Shown: positions 19,892 through 31,310 of the stretch, piece after piece
How the letters are laid out: each line of letters opens with the position of its first letter
Numbering within the stretch: the first letter of the stretch is position 1
Source: Fibrobacteria bacterium
GTDB taxonomy: Bacteria > Fibrobacterota > Fibrobacteria > UBA11236 > JADFYW01
DNA: 64,000 nt
NCBI GenBank assembly: GCA_050294405.1
Contig: JBNKOC010000030.1
Span: forward strand, 1-64,000
Direction: 5' to 3'
Notes under the pieces: generated by a model
Database searches by the model: none
The model's input: the letters and a program-made list of their open reading frames with translations, nothing else
Told to the model about the DNA's origin: nothing
Translations under genes and position numbers: made by a program

Positions 19892-21121
19892 TCAGCTAAA
19901 AGTTTCCACAATTTTTTCCAGGGCCTTAGCCAATGCGTCGATATCTTCGGCGCGGTTGTAAATTCCGAAAGAAGCTCTGGTGGTGGCAGGCACTCCGAAA
20001 AACTGCATGGTGGGCTGGGCGCAATGGTGGCCGGCCCGAATGGCAACGCCCTTGTCATCTAAAAGGGAGCCAATGTCATGGGGGTGCACATTTTCCAGGG
20101 TAAAACTTATGATACCCGCTTTGTGTGAGGCTTCCCCAATAATTTTCAGGCTGGGTATTTCCCGAAGTTTGGCTTCGCCATAGGCAAGCAATTCATTTTC
20201 CAGTTTTTCGATATTTTCAAACCCGATTTTTTCCACATAATCCAGTGCGGCGCTTAGGCCAATAACCTGAGCGATGGCCGGTGTCCCCGCTTCAAATCGA
20301 TGGGGAGGTTTTTGAAAGGTGGTCCCTTCAAAGGTTACCCATTCTATCATGTCTCCACCCCTTTGGTAGGGGGGCATCATTTCCAATAAATCTTTTTTGC
20401 CATACAGGGCTCCGATGCCAGTGGGCCCGTAAATTTTATGCCCGGAAAAAGCGTAGAAATCCGCATCCATTTCCTGTACATCCACTTTCATATGCGCCGT
20501 GGATTGGGCGCCATCCACCATAACCACTGCACCCACCCGATGGGCTGCCTGGGTGATTTCTGAAACAGGATTAATAGTGCCCAAAGCATTGGATACATGG
20601 TTTACAGCCACAATTTTTGTTCGAGGGGAAAGCAATTGGTGGAAGCTTTCCATTATGAGCTCTCCCTTTTCATTCATGGGAATCACTTTTACTTTAGCTC
20701 CCACTTTTTCTTCCAGCATTTGCCAGGGAGTGATGTTAGCATGGTGCTCCATGGCCGAAATCAATATTTCATCGCCTCTGGATAAAAAATTAAGCCCGTA
20801 AGAATAAGCTACCAGGTTTATGCTTTGCGTGGTGCCCGATGTATAAATGATTTCGGAAGGCTGGTCGGCATTTATCAGCTTGGCGATTTTTTGCCTTGTG
20901 CCTTCATAGGTTTCCGTGGCTTTGGAGCTTAATTTATACACCCCCCGACGCACCGTTCCGTATTCTTCACTATAAAAACGTGTAATGGCATCAATTACTT
21001 CTTTTGGTTTTTGAGTGGTGGCAGCGCTGTCTAGGTAGTGGAGCGACCCTTCATTTTTTACCAACAGGGGAAAGTCCTGCTTAAAATCTTTGGCGGTTAC
21101 TGTGGCTAGGCTTTGGGACAT
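19892..21121 (-). CDS. sufS: SufS-type cysteine desulfurase
   Basis: YLDSAATTQKP, SGHKIYGPTG, FEAGTP, RAGHHCAQP; ATG 21121 just after the sufD stop. Confidence 0.96.
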   Translation of the reverse strand: MSQSLATVTAKDFKQDFPLLVKNEGSLHYLDSAATTQKPKEVIDAITRFYSEEYGTVRRGVYKLSSKATETYEGTRQKIAKLINADQPSEIIYTSGTTQSINLVAYSYGLNFLSRGDEILISAMEHHANITPWQMLEEKVGAKVKVIPMNEKGELIMESFHQLLSPRTKIVAVNHVSNALGTINPVSEITQAAHRVGAVVMVDGAQSTAHMKVDVQEMDADFYAFSGHKIYGPTGIGALYGKKDLLEMMPPYQRGGDMIEWVTFEGTTFQKPPHRFEAGTPAIAQVIGLSAALDYVEKIGFENIEKLENELLAYGEAKLREIPSLKIIGEASHKAGIISFTLENVHPHDIGSLLDDKGVAIRAGHHCAQPTMQFFGVPATTRASFGIYNRAEDIDALAKALEKIVETFS

Positions 21122-21122
21122 A

Positions 21123-22412
21123 TTAAGAGGGCTTTTTAAAATACTGTGTGAAAATAGTTTTGATTTCCGGTTCGGCAATAGCTTCCAGATTTTTGGCGAT
21201 GGCGGCTTGGTTTAACATCCATTGGGCCTCAGTTGGACTTATTCCTCTGGATAATAAATAGAATAGCTGCTGGGCATCGGTTTGCCCAATGGTGGCGCCG
21301 TGATTGCATTTTACTTCGTCGGCATATATCATTAAGTTGGGCTTGTTATTGGCTTTGGCATCATCCGATAACATCAGATTATGGATAAGTTGCTTGGCCT
21401 CTGTTAAGTCTGCTTTGGGATAAACCACTATGGTGGCATCGGTTGTGCATCGGCTTTTATCGCCCAACAGGTTGTTAAAAAGCTGGTTTGAATAAGCTCC
21501 GGGAGCTCTGTGATGGATGTTAATGTATTGGTTGCTTTCCCGGGTGCCGTATAAAAGAGCGGTGGAAGTATAGCTGGCATCGGCGCTTTCGCCCCGCAAT
21601 ACCGCCGAAAAATTTTGCCGGGACAATTGGCAGCCCTTGCTGAAATTATTGGCCTTTAGCACGGCTTTTTCGCTAAGGCTGCATTTTATGCGGGTTAAGT
21701 TAAAATGTTGTTCATCCATTTCATCGCTTTGAATCCAGCTTAACTCGCTTTCTTTTTCCAGATTAAGGCTTACATAGTTGTTTTGTAAAAGGGAATTTTT
21801 TGAATGGCAAACCCGGTGATAAACAACGCTGGCCTTAATGCCTTCAGCTATATTTATATGTATGCGGCTGTCCGTTCGAAATCCTTCCCGGTTACCGTCT
21901 GATTCACTAACATCCAAAATGAGCAAAGGCTCCGGCAGATTAGCGGAAATATCGAGGCTAAGCGGGGCGTGGGCGCATAAATCTGCCAATTCCTCAAAAA
22001 AATCAGCTTTAGGCAAATAGTTGAAGTTTTCTGTCTCAAAATCAATGTTATTAAATTTAATAACCTCGCCTGATTTGCAACTCAGGCCCAGGGCTTTAAA
22101 GTCAGAAGAAAGCTCTGTAAGCATTTCTCCATTCCGCAAAACAATTTTAGGCCCTTTCCATTGGTTAAAAATATTTTCGGGCAGGGTGTTAACATTGGCA
22201 GCTGTGCTTTTATCTTTATCTGGGAAGGCGTAGGCATTTAACTTTTCATGTGTTAAATAGGAAAACTCCTCCTGGCCTCTGTTGGGAAGGCCTATTTCTT
22301 TCAAAGCCCTCAATTTATTATTACCAAAAGGACTTTGTTTGTTTTTTTGCAAAACCCACTGTTCTAAAATTTCCAGAGGGTTATTTGATGTATTTAATTC
22401 CATAACGTCCAA
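21123..22412 (-). CDS. sufD: Fe-S cluster assembly protein SufD
   Basis: KPNLMIYADEVKCNHGATIGQ, FYLLSRGI; between sufC and sufS. Confidence 0.93.
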   Translation of the reverse strand: MDVMELNTSNNPLEILEQWVLQKNKQSPFGNNKLRALKEIGLPNRGQEEFSYLTHEKLNAYAFPDKDKSTAANVNTLPENIFNQWKGPKIVLRNGEMLTELSSDFKALGLSCKSGEVIKFNNIDFETENFNYLPKADFFEELADLCAHAPLSLDISANLPEPLLILDVSESDGNREGFRTDSRIHINIAEGIKASVVYHRVCHSKNSLLQNNYVSLNLEKESELSWIQSDEMDEQHFNLTRIKCSLSEKAVLKANNFSKGCQLSRQNFSAVLRGESADASYTSTALLYGTRESNQYINIHHRAPGAYSNQLFNNLLGDKSRCTTDATIVVYPKADLTEAKQLIHNLMLSDDAKANNKPNLMIYADEVKCNHGATIGQTDAQQLFYLLSRGISPTEAQWMLNQAAIAKNLEAIAEPEIKTIFTQYFKKPS

Positions 22413-22425
22413 CTTTAAATGACTT

Positions 22426-23160
22426 TTAAACCAGCCAGTCGTAACCCTCTTCTTCCAGTTTTAAGGCCAGTGATTTATCACCGGATTTAATTATTTGTCC
22501 GGCGCTTAATACATGGACAAAATCCGGCTGGATGTAATTGAGGAGTCGTTGGTAGTGGGTAATTAATATAATGGCATTATCGGGGCCCTTGAGGCTGTTA
22601 ATGCCATTGGCCACAATTTTTAAGGCGTCAATATCCAGACCCGAATCTGTCTCGTCCAGAATGGCCAGCTTGGGTTTTAAAATAGCCATTTGCAAAATTT
22701 CATTGCGCTTTTTTTCTCCGCCGGAAAAACCCTCGTTTAAAAAACGGTCTTTGTATTTAATATCCATTTTTAAAAGTTTCATGTTTTCACTGAGAATATC
22801 GTCAAAATCAAGGGGGTCCAATTCTTCCAGGCCCAAATGCTTTTGTTTGGCATTATAAGCCGCCCTTAAAAACTCGGCGTTGTTCACTCCGGGAATTTCC
22901 ACCGGGTATTGAAAGCCCATAAAAATACCGCGTACGGCCCTTTCGTGAGGCTCTAGCTCCATGATGTTTTCACCTTCAAATTCAATTTTTCCATCTGTAA
23001 TTTCGTAGTCGGGATGTCCGGCCACCAATTTGGACAGAGTGCTTTTGCCTGAGCCATTAGGGCCCATAATCGCATGAACCTGGCCTTTTTCCACTTTAAT
23101 GTTAATGCCCTTTAAAATGGGATCTTCAATTTTGGCGTGTAAATTTTCTACAACTAACAT
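22426..23160 (-). CDS. sufC: Fe-S cluster assembly ATPase SufC
   Basis: [51 protein letters not shown]. Confidence 0.98.
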   Translation of the reverse strand: MLVVENLHAKIEDPILKGINIKVEKGQVHAIMGPNGSGKSTLSKLVAGHPDYEITDGKIEFEGENIMELEPHERAVRGIFMGFQYPVEIPGVNNAEFLRAAYNAKQKHLGLEELDPLDFDDILSENMKLLKMDIKYKDRFLNEGFSGGEKKRNEILQMAILKPKLAILDETDSGLDIDALKIVANGINSLKGPDNAIILITHYQRLLNYIQPDFVHVLSAGQIIKSGDKSLALKLEEEGYDWLV

Positions 23161-23208
23161 TTATTTCCTTTAATAATCATTGTTTGCAATGAACCTGGCT
23201 CATTTTCC

Positions 23209-24663
23209 TTAACCCACAGAATTTTCCAATTTTAGAGAAAGCAATTGCCTGGCCTCTACGGCGAATTCCATGGGAAGCTGGTTAAACACATCTTTACAAA
23301 AACCGTTGATAATCATACTTACGGCTTCTTCTGTGGGAATGCCCCGCGAGTTTAAATAAAAGATTTGCTCTTCGCTGATTTTGGAAGTTGAGGCCTCGTG
23401 TTCCACCTGTGAGCTTGAATTGGCTCCTTCAATATAGGGGAAAGTATGGGCGCCGCATTTATCGCCAATTAACATGCTGTCGCATTGGCTGAAGTTTCGG
23501 GCGTTTTTAGCTCCCTTATTTATTTTGACCAGGCCCCGGTAACTGTTGTTGGAGTTGTCCGAAGATATTCCCTTCGATACTATTTTAGACTTGGTGTTTT
23601 TTCCGGCATGTATCATTTTGGTGCCGGTGTCTGCCTGCATGTATCCGTTGGTTAAGGCCACAGAATAAAATTCGCCTATGGAATTGTCTCCGGCTAAAAT
23701 ACAGGAAGGGTATTTCCAGGTGATAGCAGAGCCGGTTTCTACCTGGGTCCAGGAAATTTTGGAATCTTCTCCTTTGCACAATCCGCGCTTGGTCACAAAG
23801 TTATAGATGCCGCCTTTGCCTGTTTCGGGATCTCCCGAATACCAGTTCTGTACAGTGGAATATTTTATTTCCGCTCTGTCCATTGCTACAAGCTCCACCA
23901 CAGCGGCATGTAATTGATTGCTGTCAAAACGGGGAGCGGTACAACCTTCCAAATAGGATACATAGCTGTCGTCAGCGCAAATAATTAAGGTGCGTTCAAA
24001 TTGACCCGATTCCTCGGTGTTGATTCTAAAGTAGGTGGATAGTTCCATAGGGCTTACGGTATTTGGCGGTATATATACAAAGGAACCATCGGTAAATACG
24101 GCGCTGTTAAGGGCGGCATAATAATTGTCTCCAATGGGGACCACACTGCCCAAGTACTGTTCCACAAGTTCGGGATATTCCTGTACAGCTTCGTTAATGG
24201 AACAAAAAATAATGCCCACTTCCATAAGCTTTTTCTTATGGGTGGTGGCCACGCTCACGCTGTCAAACACCGCATCCACCGCCACATTGGCCAATTGTTT
24301 TCTTTCTTCAAGAGGAACGCCCAGCTTGTCGAAAGTTTTAATCAGCTCAGGATCAACCTCATCCATGCTGTTTAATTTTTTTTGTTTGGGCTGAACGTGG
24401 TATACAATATCCTGATAATTAATAGGTGGGTAATGCACATGGGGCCATTTAGGCTCTTTCATGGTGAGCCATTTCTTATAGGCTTTTAAGCGAAAGTCCA
24501 GCATAAACTGGGGTTCTTTTCTTTTTTGAGAGATAAAACGTATAACTTCTTCGCTTAAACCCTTTTCGATTTTTTCCATTTCAATGGTGGTGGTAAAACC
24601 GGGAAGGTATTCTCTGGGTTTGCGAAATTTTTCGTTGCTTGTTGCGTTTTCGGGAACAGTCAT
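23209..24663 (-). CDS. sufB: Fe-S cluster assembly protein SufB
   Basis: [51 protein letters not shown]. Confidence 0.98.
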   Translation of the reverse strand: MTVPENATSNEKFRKPREYLPGFTTTIEMEKIEKGLSEEVIRFISQKRKEPQFMLDFRLKAYKKWLTMKEPKWPHVHYPPINYQDIVYHVQPKQKKLNSMDEVDPELIKTFDKLGVPLEERKQLANVAVDAVFDSVSVATTHKKKLMEVGIIFCSINEAVQEYPELVEQYLGSVVPIGDNYYAALNSAVFTDGSFVYIPPNTVSPMELSTYFRINTEESGQFERTLIICADDSYVSYLEGCTAPRFDSNQLHAAVVELVAMDRAEIKYSTVQNWYSGDPETGKGGIYNFVTKRGLCKGEDSKISWTQVETGSAITWKYPSCILAGDNSIGEFYSVALTNGYMQADTGTKMIHAGKNTKSKIVSKGISSDNSNNSYRGLVKINKGAKNARNFSQCDSMLIGDKCGAHTFPYIEGANSSSQVEHEASTSKISEEQIFYLNSRGIPTEEAVSMIINGFCKDVFNQLPMEFAVEARQLLSLKLENSVG

Positions 24664-24667
24664 AAAA

Positions 24668-25432
24668 TTAGTACCAGGTTTCAGATTCGGGCACCACTTC
24701 TATGCCGGAAAACACTTCGTTGCGAAGGTGGTTTTCCACATAGGATAAGGTTGCACCCTGGGAAGAGGAACATCCGCCGCAGGCGCCTTCCCATTTGATT
24801 TTTAATTTATAGCCTTCTTCCAGTCCCATAATGGTAACATCACCGCCATCGGTATTAAGACCGTAGCGAATATCCCGGTCCAGCACTTCTTCAATGCGGG
24901 CAATTTGTTCTTCCACGGGAGTTTCCATCCATTTTTTTTCTTTTTCACCTAAGGATTCAAAGTTGGGGGCATGGGCCGCCTTATTTTTTTTCACCTCAAT
25001 GGCGGTTAAAGCCACGTTTTTGGCATTGGGGTAGGCTTCTTTAAGCCCCAATAACAAAACGGGTACGGCAGACAAATGTTTTTCCATTAAAGAAGGATCT
25101 AATGGTTTGTCAGATACATCCCGCAGTTGTTGTTCAATTTCTTCCGGGGTAATGGCTACAGCCTGATAAAAAGGCTTATCTTCGGCCATAATACTAAGCA
25201 TTTCCCCAATGGCCACAGATAAGGTGCCACCATAGGCGAAAAAGCGGGTGGAGTATACCGTGTCGGATTGGGGGTGCACCAGCCAGTAAAATTTAATGTC
25301 CTGATGTTTAGCTTCCACCAGAGCCATGTCTTTTAAGGTGGCGTCCTCTTGAAAAAAGGCGCCTCGGTGTCCTGGCTTGGCGGCCAAATCCATGATTTTT
25401 TGCGAATATTCTGGCTTGTTTTGTTTTTCCAT
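24668..25432 (-). CDS. NifU-like protein: Cys-less IscU-like N-terminal domain plus Nfu C-terminal domain
   Basis: YSQKIMD...P..RG IscU-like start; C-terminal DGGDV...[11 protein letters not shown]; first gene of the suf operon. Confidence 0.85.
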   Translation of the reverse strand: MEKQNKPEYSQKIMDLAAKPGHRGAFFQEDATLKDMALVEAKHQDIKFYWLVHPQSDTVYSTRFFAYGGTLSVAIGEMLSIMAEDKPFYQAVAITPEEIEQQLRDVSDKPLDPSLMEKHLSAVPVLLLGLKEAYPNAKNVALTAIEVKKNKAAHAPNFESLGEKEKKWMETPVEEQIARIEEVLDRDIRYGLNTDGGDVTIMGLEEGYKLKIKWEGACGGCSSSQGATLSYVENHLRNEVFSGIEVVPESETWY

Positions 25433-25649
25433 TTTATTGCCGGTTAAAAGGCTTCGAAGTCCCATTTGATTATAATAGTATATAATTTATTAATTATCTA
25501 CCAAGTTGGTAGGCAATTAATGAAATTTGGATGCCGCATTTCAGAGCCTGAAAAAGCCAAAATTTCCAGGAAAAAGGCACCCACAAAAGCCTATTTTGAT
25601 ACCGGCCAAAAAATTAACTTTAAAAGACCACAAAAATGAGCAAATAGAC

Positions 25650-27035
25650 ATGGAAAGAAAATTTGTCCGAGAAATATTAGCTGGAAATCACTCCGGGGAG
25701 ACCCTCGTAAAGGGCTGGGTGCGCACCCGCCGGGACTCCAAAGGTGGCTTTTCCTTTTTGGAAATCAACGACGGCAGTTGCCAGAGCAATTTGCAGGTGG
25801 TGGCCGATGGAAATCTGAGCAATTACCAAAGCGAGGTGTTGCGCCTTTACGTGGGCAGTTCTGTGGAGGTGGTTGGCCGGGTTCAAAAGTCAGAAGGTGG
25901 GAAACAAAATTTTGAATTGTTAGCGGAACAGATATCTGTACTGGGATTGGCGGACCCCGAAAGCAATCCGGTGGGCAAACAAAGAGTGAGTTTTGAGCTT
26001 TTACGTGACATACCCCATTTAAGAACGCGGACTAATACCTTTGGCGCAGTGTTTCGACTGCGAAACGCCCTTTCCTTTGCTATACATCGTTTTTTTCAGG
26101 AACGAAAATTTTTATATGTGCAAACACCCATAATCACGGCATCGGACTGTGAAGGGGCAGGGGAGATGTTTCAAGTAACTACCTTGGACTTGGAAAAATT
26201 AAAGAATGAAAAAACCGTGGATTACCAAAAGGATTTTTTTTCAAAACCTTCTTACTTAACAGTGAGCGGACAGTTGGAGCTGGAATCTTATGCCTGCTCC
26301 CTGGGCAATGTATACACTTTTGGCCCCACTTTCAGAGCGGAAAATTCACATACATCCCGCCATTTGTCTGAATTCTGGATGGTGGAGCCGGAAATGGCTT
26401 TCGCAGAATTGGAAGACGATATGGCTTTGGCGGAAGATTTTTTAAAGTATGTCTTTAAAGCCGCTTTGGAGGAATGCGGAGAAGACATGGCTTTTTTTGA
26501 AGCAAGGATAAAAAAAGGAATTGTTTCGACTCTGGAAAGCTTAGTGGAATCCAAATTCAATCACTTAACTTATACCGAAGCGGTGGCGGAGTTGGAAAAA
26601 TCCGGAGAAAAATTCGAATACCCAATAAAATGGGGAATGGACTTGCAATCGGAACACGAACGCTTTTTGACGGAGCAAATTTGCAAAGGTCCCGCCATAA
26701 TCACCAATTATCCCAAGGACATTAAGGCCTTTTACATGAAGCTGGGAGAGGATGGGAAAACTGTTCGGGCTATGGACGTTTTGCTTCCCCAGGTGGGAGA
26801 AATTATTGGGGGAGCCCAACGAGAAGACAGGCTGGAATTGCTGGAAAACAGAATGCGTGCAAGCGGGATAGAGCCGGAGTCCATGTCCTGGTATCTGGAT
26901 TTAAGGCGTTTTGGATCCGTGCCCCATGCGGGTTTTGGCCTTGGTTTTGAGAGATTGGTGCAGTTTTGCTCGGGAATGACCAATATCCGGGATGTAATTC
27001 CTTTTCCCCGCACGCCAGGAAACTTTTCTGTGTAA
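25650..27035 (+). CDS. asnS: Asparagine--tRNA ligase
   Basis: [50 protein letters not shown]. Confidence 0.98.
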   Translation: MERKFVREILAGNHSGETLVKGWVRTRRDSKGGFSFLEINDGSCQSNLQVVADGNLSNYQSEVLRLYVGSSVEVVGRVQKSEGGKQNFELLAEQISVLGLADPESNPVGKQRVSFELLRDIPHLRTRTNTFGAVFRLRNALSFAIHRFFQERKFLYVQTPIITASDCEGAGEMFQVTTLDLEKLKNEKTVDYQKDFFSKPSYLTVSGQLELESYACSLGNVYTFGPTFRAENSHTSRHLSEFWMVEPEMAFAELEDDMALAEDFLKYVFKAALEECGEDMAFFEARIKKGIVSTLESLVESKFNHLTYTEAVAELEKSGEKFEYPIKWGMDLQSEHERFLTEQICKGPAIITNYPKDIKAFYMKLGEDGKTVRAMDVLLPQVGEIIGGAQREDRLELLENRMRASGIEPESMSWYLDLRRFGSVPHAGFGLGFERLVQFCSGMTNIRDVIPFPRTPGNFSV

Positions 27036-27095
27036 TTTTGTAACTTATTTTTGTCTCAGCCTACTGAATAAAAAAAGGATAAAGGATCTTTTAAA

Positions 27096-27860
27096 ATGAC
27101 TTTTTTGCGAAAATGTTTGCTGCCAGGGATGCTGCTTATTTTGGGACTGGCCCATAGCTTTGCCTTTGACTTAGAATTCAAGAGTTGGGATAGCCTTCTT
27201 AAAAAATATGTCAGAGCAAAAGAAACTGGAAAAACAACACAGGTGCTTTACACTGAGCTAAAAAAAAACAAAAAGGAGTTGGAGCCTGTCCTTGCGGAGT
27301 TCAGCACAGTTAACCAAAAGGAATTCGACTCCTGGGATTCTAAAAATCAATTGGCCTTTTTGTTAAATGCCTACAATCTTTTTACCTGGAAATTAATGGT
27401 GGATAATTGGCCTGTTAAATCCATAAAAGACATTGGCAGTGTGCTAAAAAGCCCCTGGAAAATTGAGTTTTACAATTTGCTTGGTAAAAAACGCAGTTTG
27501 GATTGGCTGGAGCACGATGTTATTCGAAAAAACTATGCGGAACCTCGGGTGCATTTCGCTTTAAACTGCGCTTCCATAGGTTGTCCCCCTTTAAGAGGCG
27601 AGGCTTATGTGGCCTCAAAGCTAGAAACCCAACTGGAGGAACAAACAAAAATGTTTTTAAGCAATCCAAAAGAAAATTCTTTTAATGTAAAGACAAAAAA
27701 ACTGGAGCTCAGCGAAATTTTTTCTTGGTTTAAGGGGGACTTCACTAAGAAGTCTAAAAGCCTTCCCCATTGGTTAAGCCATTATTGGCCAGAAGTAAAC
27801 CCTAAGGAAAACTGGGATATTAAATTCAAGGACTATAACTGGAAGGCAAATGGGATATAG
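27096..27860 (+). CDS. DUF547 domain secreted protein
   Basis: Signal peptide, NAYN, EPRVHFALNCASIGCPPL, IFSWFKGDF, YNW. Confidence 0.92.
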   Translation: MTFLRKCLLPGMLLILGLAHSFAFDLEFKSWDSLLKKYVRAKETGKTTQVLYTELKKNKKELEPVLAEFSTVNQKEFDSWDSKNQLAFLLNAYNLFTWKLMVDNWPVKSIKDIGSVLKSPWKIEFYNLLGKKRSLDWLEHDVIRKNYAEPRVHFALNCASIGCPPLRGEAYVASKLETQLEEQTKMFLSNPKENSFNVKTKKLELSEIFSWFKGDFTKKSKSLPHWLSHYWPEVNPKENWDIKFKDYNWKANGI

Positions 27861-27871
27861 CAGCCAGGGTT

Positions 27872-29587
27872 TCACCGCAACTTGGATTCACGTAAAATGG
27901 GAGTTTGAGGTAGAAAAATCCCTCCGGATTTTGAGTACCATTCTCTGAACTTGCCTGCTCCCATGGGATGGCCGATATAAAATCCCTGAGCATAATCGCA
28001 TCCAATATCTCTTAAAAAATTATAGGCTTCGGGGGTTTCCACTCCCTCAGCAACAATTTTGATACCCAGGTTCTTGCAGAGCTCAATGGTGGATGCGGTT
28101 ATGTAAGTATTTCTGCTTTTTAGGGGTAAATCTTTTATAAAGCTTTTGTCGAGCTTGACGTGAGAAACAGGTAATTCATTTAGATACTGCAAAGAAGAAT
28201 ATCCTGTACCAAAATCATCAATACTTACGCAAATATTCGCATCTCTTAATCTTGAAAGCTCCTGAATGCAACGCTCCGGTTCGGACATAAGTTCACCTTC
28301 GGTTATCTCCAACTCAAGGCTTTCACAAGGTATCTGATATATTTCTAACAATTCCAAAACGCTGTCCACAAAATTGGGCATCAATAAGTTTTGTGTGGAA
28401 ATGTTTACCGCCGTGGTTATGAAAATTCCTAGTTCCCTCCACTGGGCATTTCTTTCAAGTGCCCTGGCAAGGGCCAATTGGGTTATTAAATGTATATTTG
28501 CGCTTTTTTCCGCATCCACAATAAATTTGGAAGGCGGAATTTGGCCATATGTATGGTGTTCCCACCGTATTAATGCTTCCACCCCAATCACAGAACCGTT
28601 TTCCAACTGTACCTTTGGCTGATAGTGAAAATCTACATTTCCAGATTCCAGGGCTTGCTTTAATTCGCCCATAATTTCCAGGTTGTCTTTAATTTTATTT
28701 TCAAAGTTGGAATCAAATTCCACTAATGTTAGTTTACTTTTGCAGGCGGCGATAGCAGCCACCTTTGCAGCTCGAAGGTAGGATTCTGTATCTTGAAGCT
28801 GGTTGTTTAAACGAACGTATCCCACGCAAAAGTCTCCATGCAGCGAAAGGTTTCCCACCTGGCAGGGCATGCGAATGGCTGAGCGTATGTCGCTTAATAT
28901 GTATTCTAATTGGTTTGATAAACTGGAGCGTATCAGCAAGGCTAGCTGGTTAGAGTTTGCCTTGAAAATTTTGCAATTAGGCAATAAAATTTCAATATGC
29001 TGTTCCAGTTGAAAAAGCAGTTCATCTTTGCTGGAACTGCCAAAAGCGGATTCAATTTCCATGGAATTCTTCAAAGAAATTAATATTAATGCTCCGGAAT
29101 TGCTTTTGTCTTTTCCGTACTCCAATTCCAATTCAAGGGAGCGAAGGAGGCTGCGTTGGTTGGGAAGCCCCGTGGAATCTTCATGGTATATCATCCAATT
29201 TAACTTTTCTTCTGCCATTTTTCGTTCAGTGATATCCAGGGATAATATAAACACCCCTTCTGGCACAGGTTCAAAACGCAGTTCAAACCATGCCTTAGAA
29301 CCATCGGGATAAGAAAATAAATTCTCCATTTCTCTGGGTTTGCGGTTTTCCATACAATCGCGAAGGATAGCAAACATTTCCGTGTGTTCGATTCCCGGAT
29401 AGGATTCCAGCATGGTTTTGCCAATCAATTCTTCTTTAGACTTTTTTCCCTGACGGGAAACAGTCTCGTTTACATACAGGTACTTCCAGTCTGGGGTAAT
29501 TATTTGAAAGCCTTCTAACAAATTGTCAAACAACTTTTGAAATTGGGGAAGAGGCAAGGCCCCATTTGGCGAATTGAGTGGCGACAT
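27872..29587 (-). CDS. PAS - degenerate GGDEF - EAL c-di-GMP phosphodiesterase
   Basis: EAL motifs intact (YQPKV, VEALIRW, EITE, DDFGTGYSSL, AEGVET, QGF); GGDEF position reads NSNQL. Confidence 0.93.
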   Translation of the reverse strand: MSPLNSPNGALPLPQFQKLFDNLLEGFQIITPDWKYLYVNETVSRQGKKSKEELIGKTMLESYPGIEHTEMFAILRDCMENRKPREMENLFSYPDGSKAWFELRFEPVPEGVFILSLDITERKMAEEKLNWMIYHEDSTGLPNQRSLLRSLELELEYGKDKSNSGALILISLKNSMEIESAFGSSSKDELLFQLEQHIEILLPNCKIFKANSNQLALLIRSSLSNQLEYILSDIRSAIRMPCQVGNLSLHGDFCVGYVRLNNQLQDTESYLRAAKVAAIAACKSKLTLVEFDSNFENKIKDNLEIMGELKQALESGNVDFHYQPKVQLENGSVIGVEALIRWEHHTYGQIPPSKFIVDAEKSANIHLITQLALARALERNAQWRELGIFITTAVNISTQNLLMPNFVDSVLELLEIYQIPCESLELEITEGELMSEPERCIQELSRLRDANICVSIDDFGTGYSSLQYLNELPVSHVKLDKSFIKDLPLKSRNTYITASTIELCKNLGIKIVAEGVETPEAYNFLRDIGCDYAQGFYIGHPMGAGKFREWYSKSGGIFLPQTPILRESKLR

Positions 29588-29789
29588 TTTTTACCTACCT
29601 AGCTAACTTATATTAATAATTCAGATTCGGGATTATATTTTATCGGTTTTTTTTATAATTTGCTGCGGCTGTGAAACTATTTTTGGGTGTTTATTAGTTA
29701 TATTATAAGCATTGCAAAATATGTTTCTACCCTAGGTGAAAAAACCAGTGGTACCAACAAGGTTAAACAAAATTACAATTGAAAAAATA

Positions 29790-30707
29790 ATGAAGAAAAA
29801 TGCCACTCTGTATGCTTATCTAACCCTGGTGCGTTTTCCCTCCATTTTTAGCGCCATGTCCAATATATGGGCAGGCTTTTTTATAGCCGCTGGCTTTCAG
29901 GAAGGAGTCTCTGTTACTGCTTTGGTATCGGGTTTAATAGCTTCTGCTCTTTTTATAATGGCGGGTATGGCTTTAAATGATGTGGCGGACAGGGTAGAGG
30001 ATGCCCTAGAAAGGCCGGATAGGCCCATTCCCTCCAAAAAAATCAAAGCCAAGCAGGCGACCAGTTTTTCCATAGCCATTATTGTCATAGGGCTTTTGCT
30101 AATATTTTCCATAAAGTTAAGCGCCATGTTAGTAGCAGCCATACTATGTTACTCCATTTATCTCTATAATTTTGTTTTGAAAAAAGGAAAATACGGGCCC
30201 TTGGCCATGGCGCTTTGCCGGGTGTTTAATTTGCTATTGGGTGTTATGTTAGGTTTGGGACAAACAGGCCTTTTTGAATTTATAAATCTGAAAACCTTTT
30301 TTGCTTTATTATCTCTTGGGATGTACATCTATTTAGTGACGTTCTTAGCCCGGGATGAAACTAGAGGCAATAGTCGTGAAAGAGCCACTGCTTTTATGTT
30401 AGGCATGATGTTGTGGGGAGGCATGTGGCTGGGCTACTTTTTATCCAGCAGTTGGAGCCGCGAAAAATGGGCAGGGCTTTTGGTTTTGGCCTTACTGGGC
30501 TACTTTGTAATGAGACCTATGTTAAATTTTTTCAAAGAGCCTTCGGCCAAGCACACGGGAAAGCTTGTAGGGGTTATGCTAGGATGTATTCCTCTTTTGG
30601 ATATAATGGCTCTGTTGCTTCACCAAAGCAAATTGCCAGTTGCTGCAGTACCCTTACTGCTTTTGTTTTTGGCTAAAAGAAGCGCCCGGATTTTTTATGT
30701 AACCTGA
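29790..30707 (+). CDS. UbiA family prenyltransferase (EboC-like)
   Basis: GMALNDVADRVEDALERPDRPIPS, YN...K, MALCR..NLLLG. Confidence 0.9.
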   Translation: MKKNATLYAYLTLVRFPSIFSAMSNIWAGFFIAAGFQEGVSVTALVSGLIASALFIMAGMALNDVADRVEDALERPDRPIPSKKIKAKQATSFSIAIIVIGLLLIFSIKLSAMLVAAILCYSIYLYNFVLKKGKYGPLAMALCRVFNLLLGVMLGLGQTGLFEFINLKTFFALLSLGMYIYLVTFLARDETRGNSRERATAFMLGMMLWGGMWLGYFLSSSWSREKWAGLLVLALLGYFVMRPMLNFFKEPSAKHTGKLVGVMLGCIPLLDIMALLLHQSKLPVAAVPLLLLFLAKRSARIFYVT

Positions 30708-30712
30708 TTTTA

Positions 30713-31132
30713 TCAGGCAGCGATATTTTCTTCTCTATTGGCTAGTGACAATAACTTGTTTATCAATTGGGAAGTGTTTATGGGTTTAATCAAATAATCC
30801 TTTACCCCGTATTTCATAACTTTAACAATTTTTGCTTTATCGCTAACAGAAGATACCATCATCACCGGCAAGTGAGAGTAGTTTTTGTTTTTCTTTAAAT
30901 AGTCTAAAAGGCCCAGGCCATCCATAGGGCCAGGCATAATCCAGTCTAAAATTATGGCCGAAGGAAGGTTATCCATCACTTCCAACGAATCAATGCATTC
31001 CTGTGGCGAGCTGCATTTTATCATTTCAAAGGATTGCAGAAAAGGCGAGTTTTTAAACTGGTTCTCATATATCTTTAACATCATATGAGAATCGTCCACA
31101 ACAAGGATAGATTTTTTAGGACTATTAGGCAC
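30713..31132 (-). CDS. Single-domain response regulator
   Basis: VVDDS, ILDWIMP, MVSS, YLIKP. Confidence 0.92.
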   Translation of the reverse strand: MPNSPKKSILVVDDSHMMLKIYENQFKNSPFLQSFEMIKCSSPQECIDSLEVMDNLPSAIILDWIMPGPMDGLGLLDYLKKNKNYSHLPVMMVSSVSDKAKIVKVMKYGVKDYLIKPINTSQLINKLLSLANREENIAA

Positions 31133-31310
31133 GATGCCTTCTTGTATTTGTTAACATGATGCTGAAAAATTTTGCGAAACTGAACAACCCTAAACTATTC
31201 AAATTATACAGGGGAAGTTGATTTTTACCCATAAAAAAATCAGGATTTTTATTAAAAAATCCCCTCAAATGACCCAAAATCATCAATCACCAGGGGCGAA
31301 ATGACAAGAT

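Noticed and set aside
27872..29587. Bifunctional cyclase/phosphodiesterase
   Set aside because: GGDEF motif is degenerate (NSNQL), so only phosphodiesterase activity is supported
29790..30707. Possible ebo gene cluster
   Set aside because: Only the EboC-like prenyltransferase is here; the TatD at 62 kb looks like the housekeeping type
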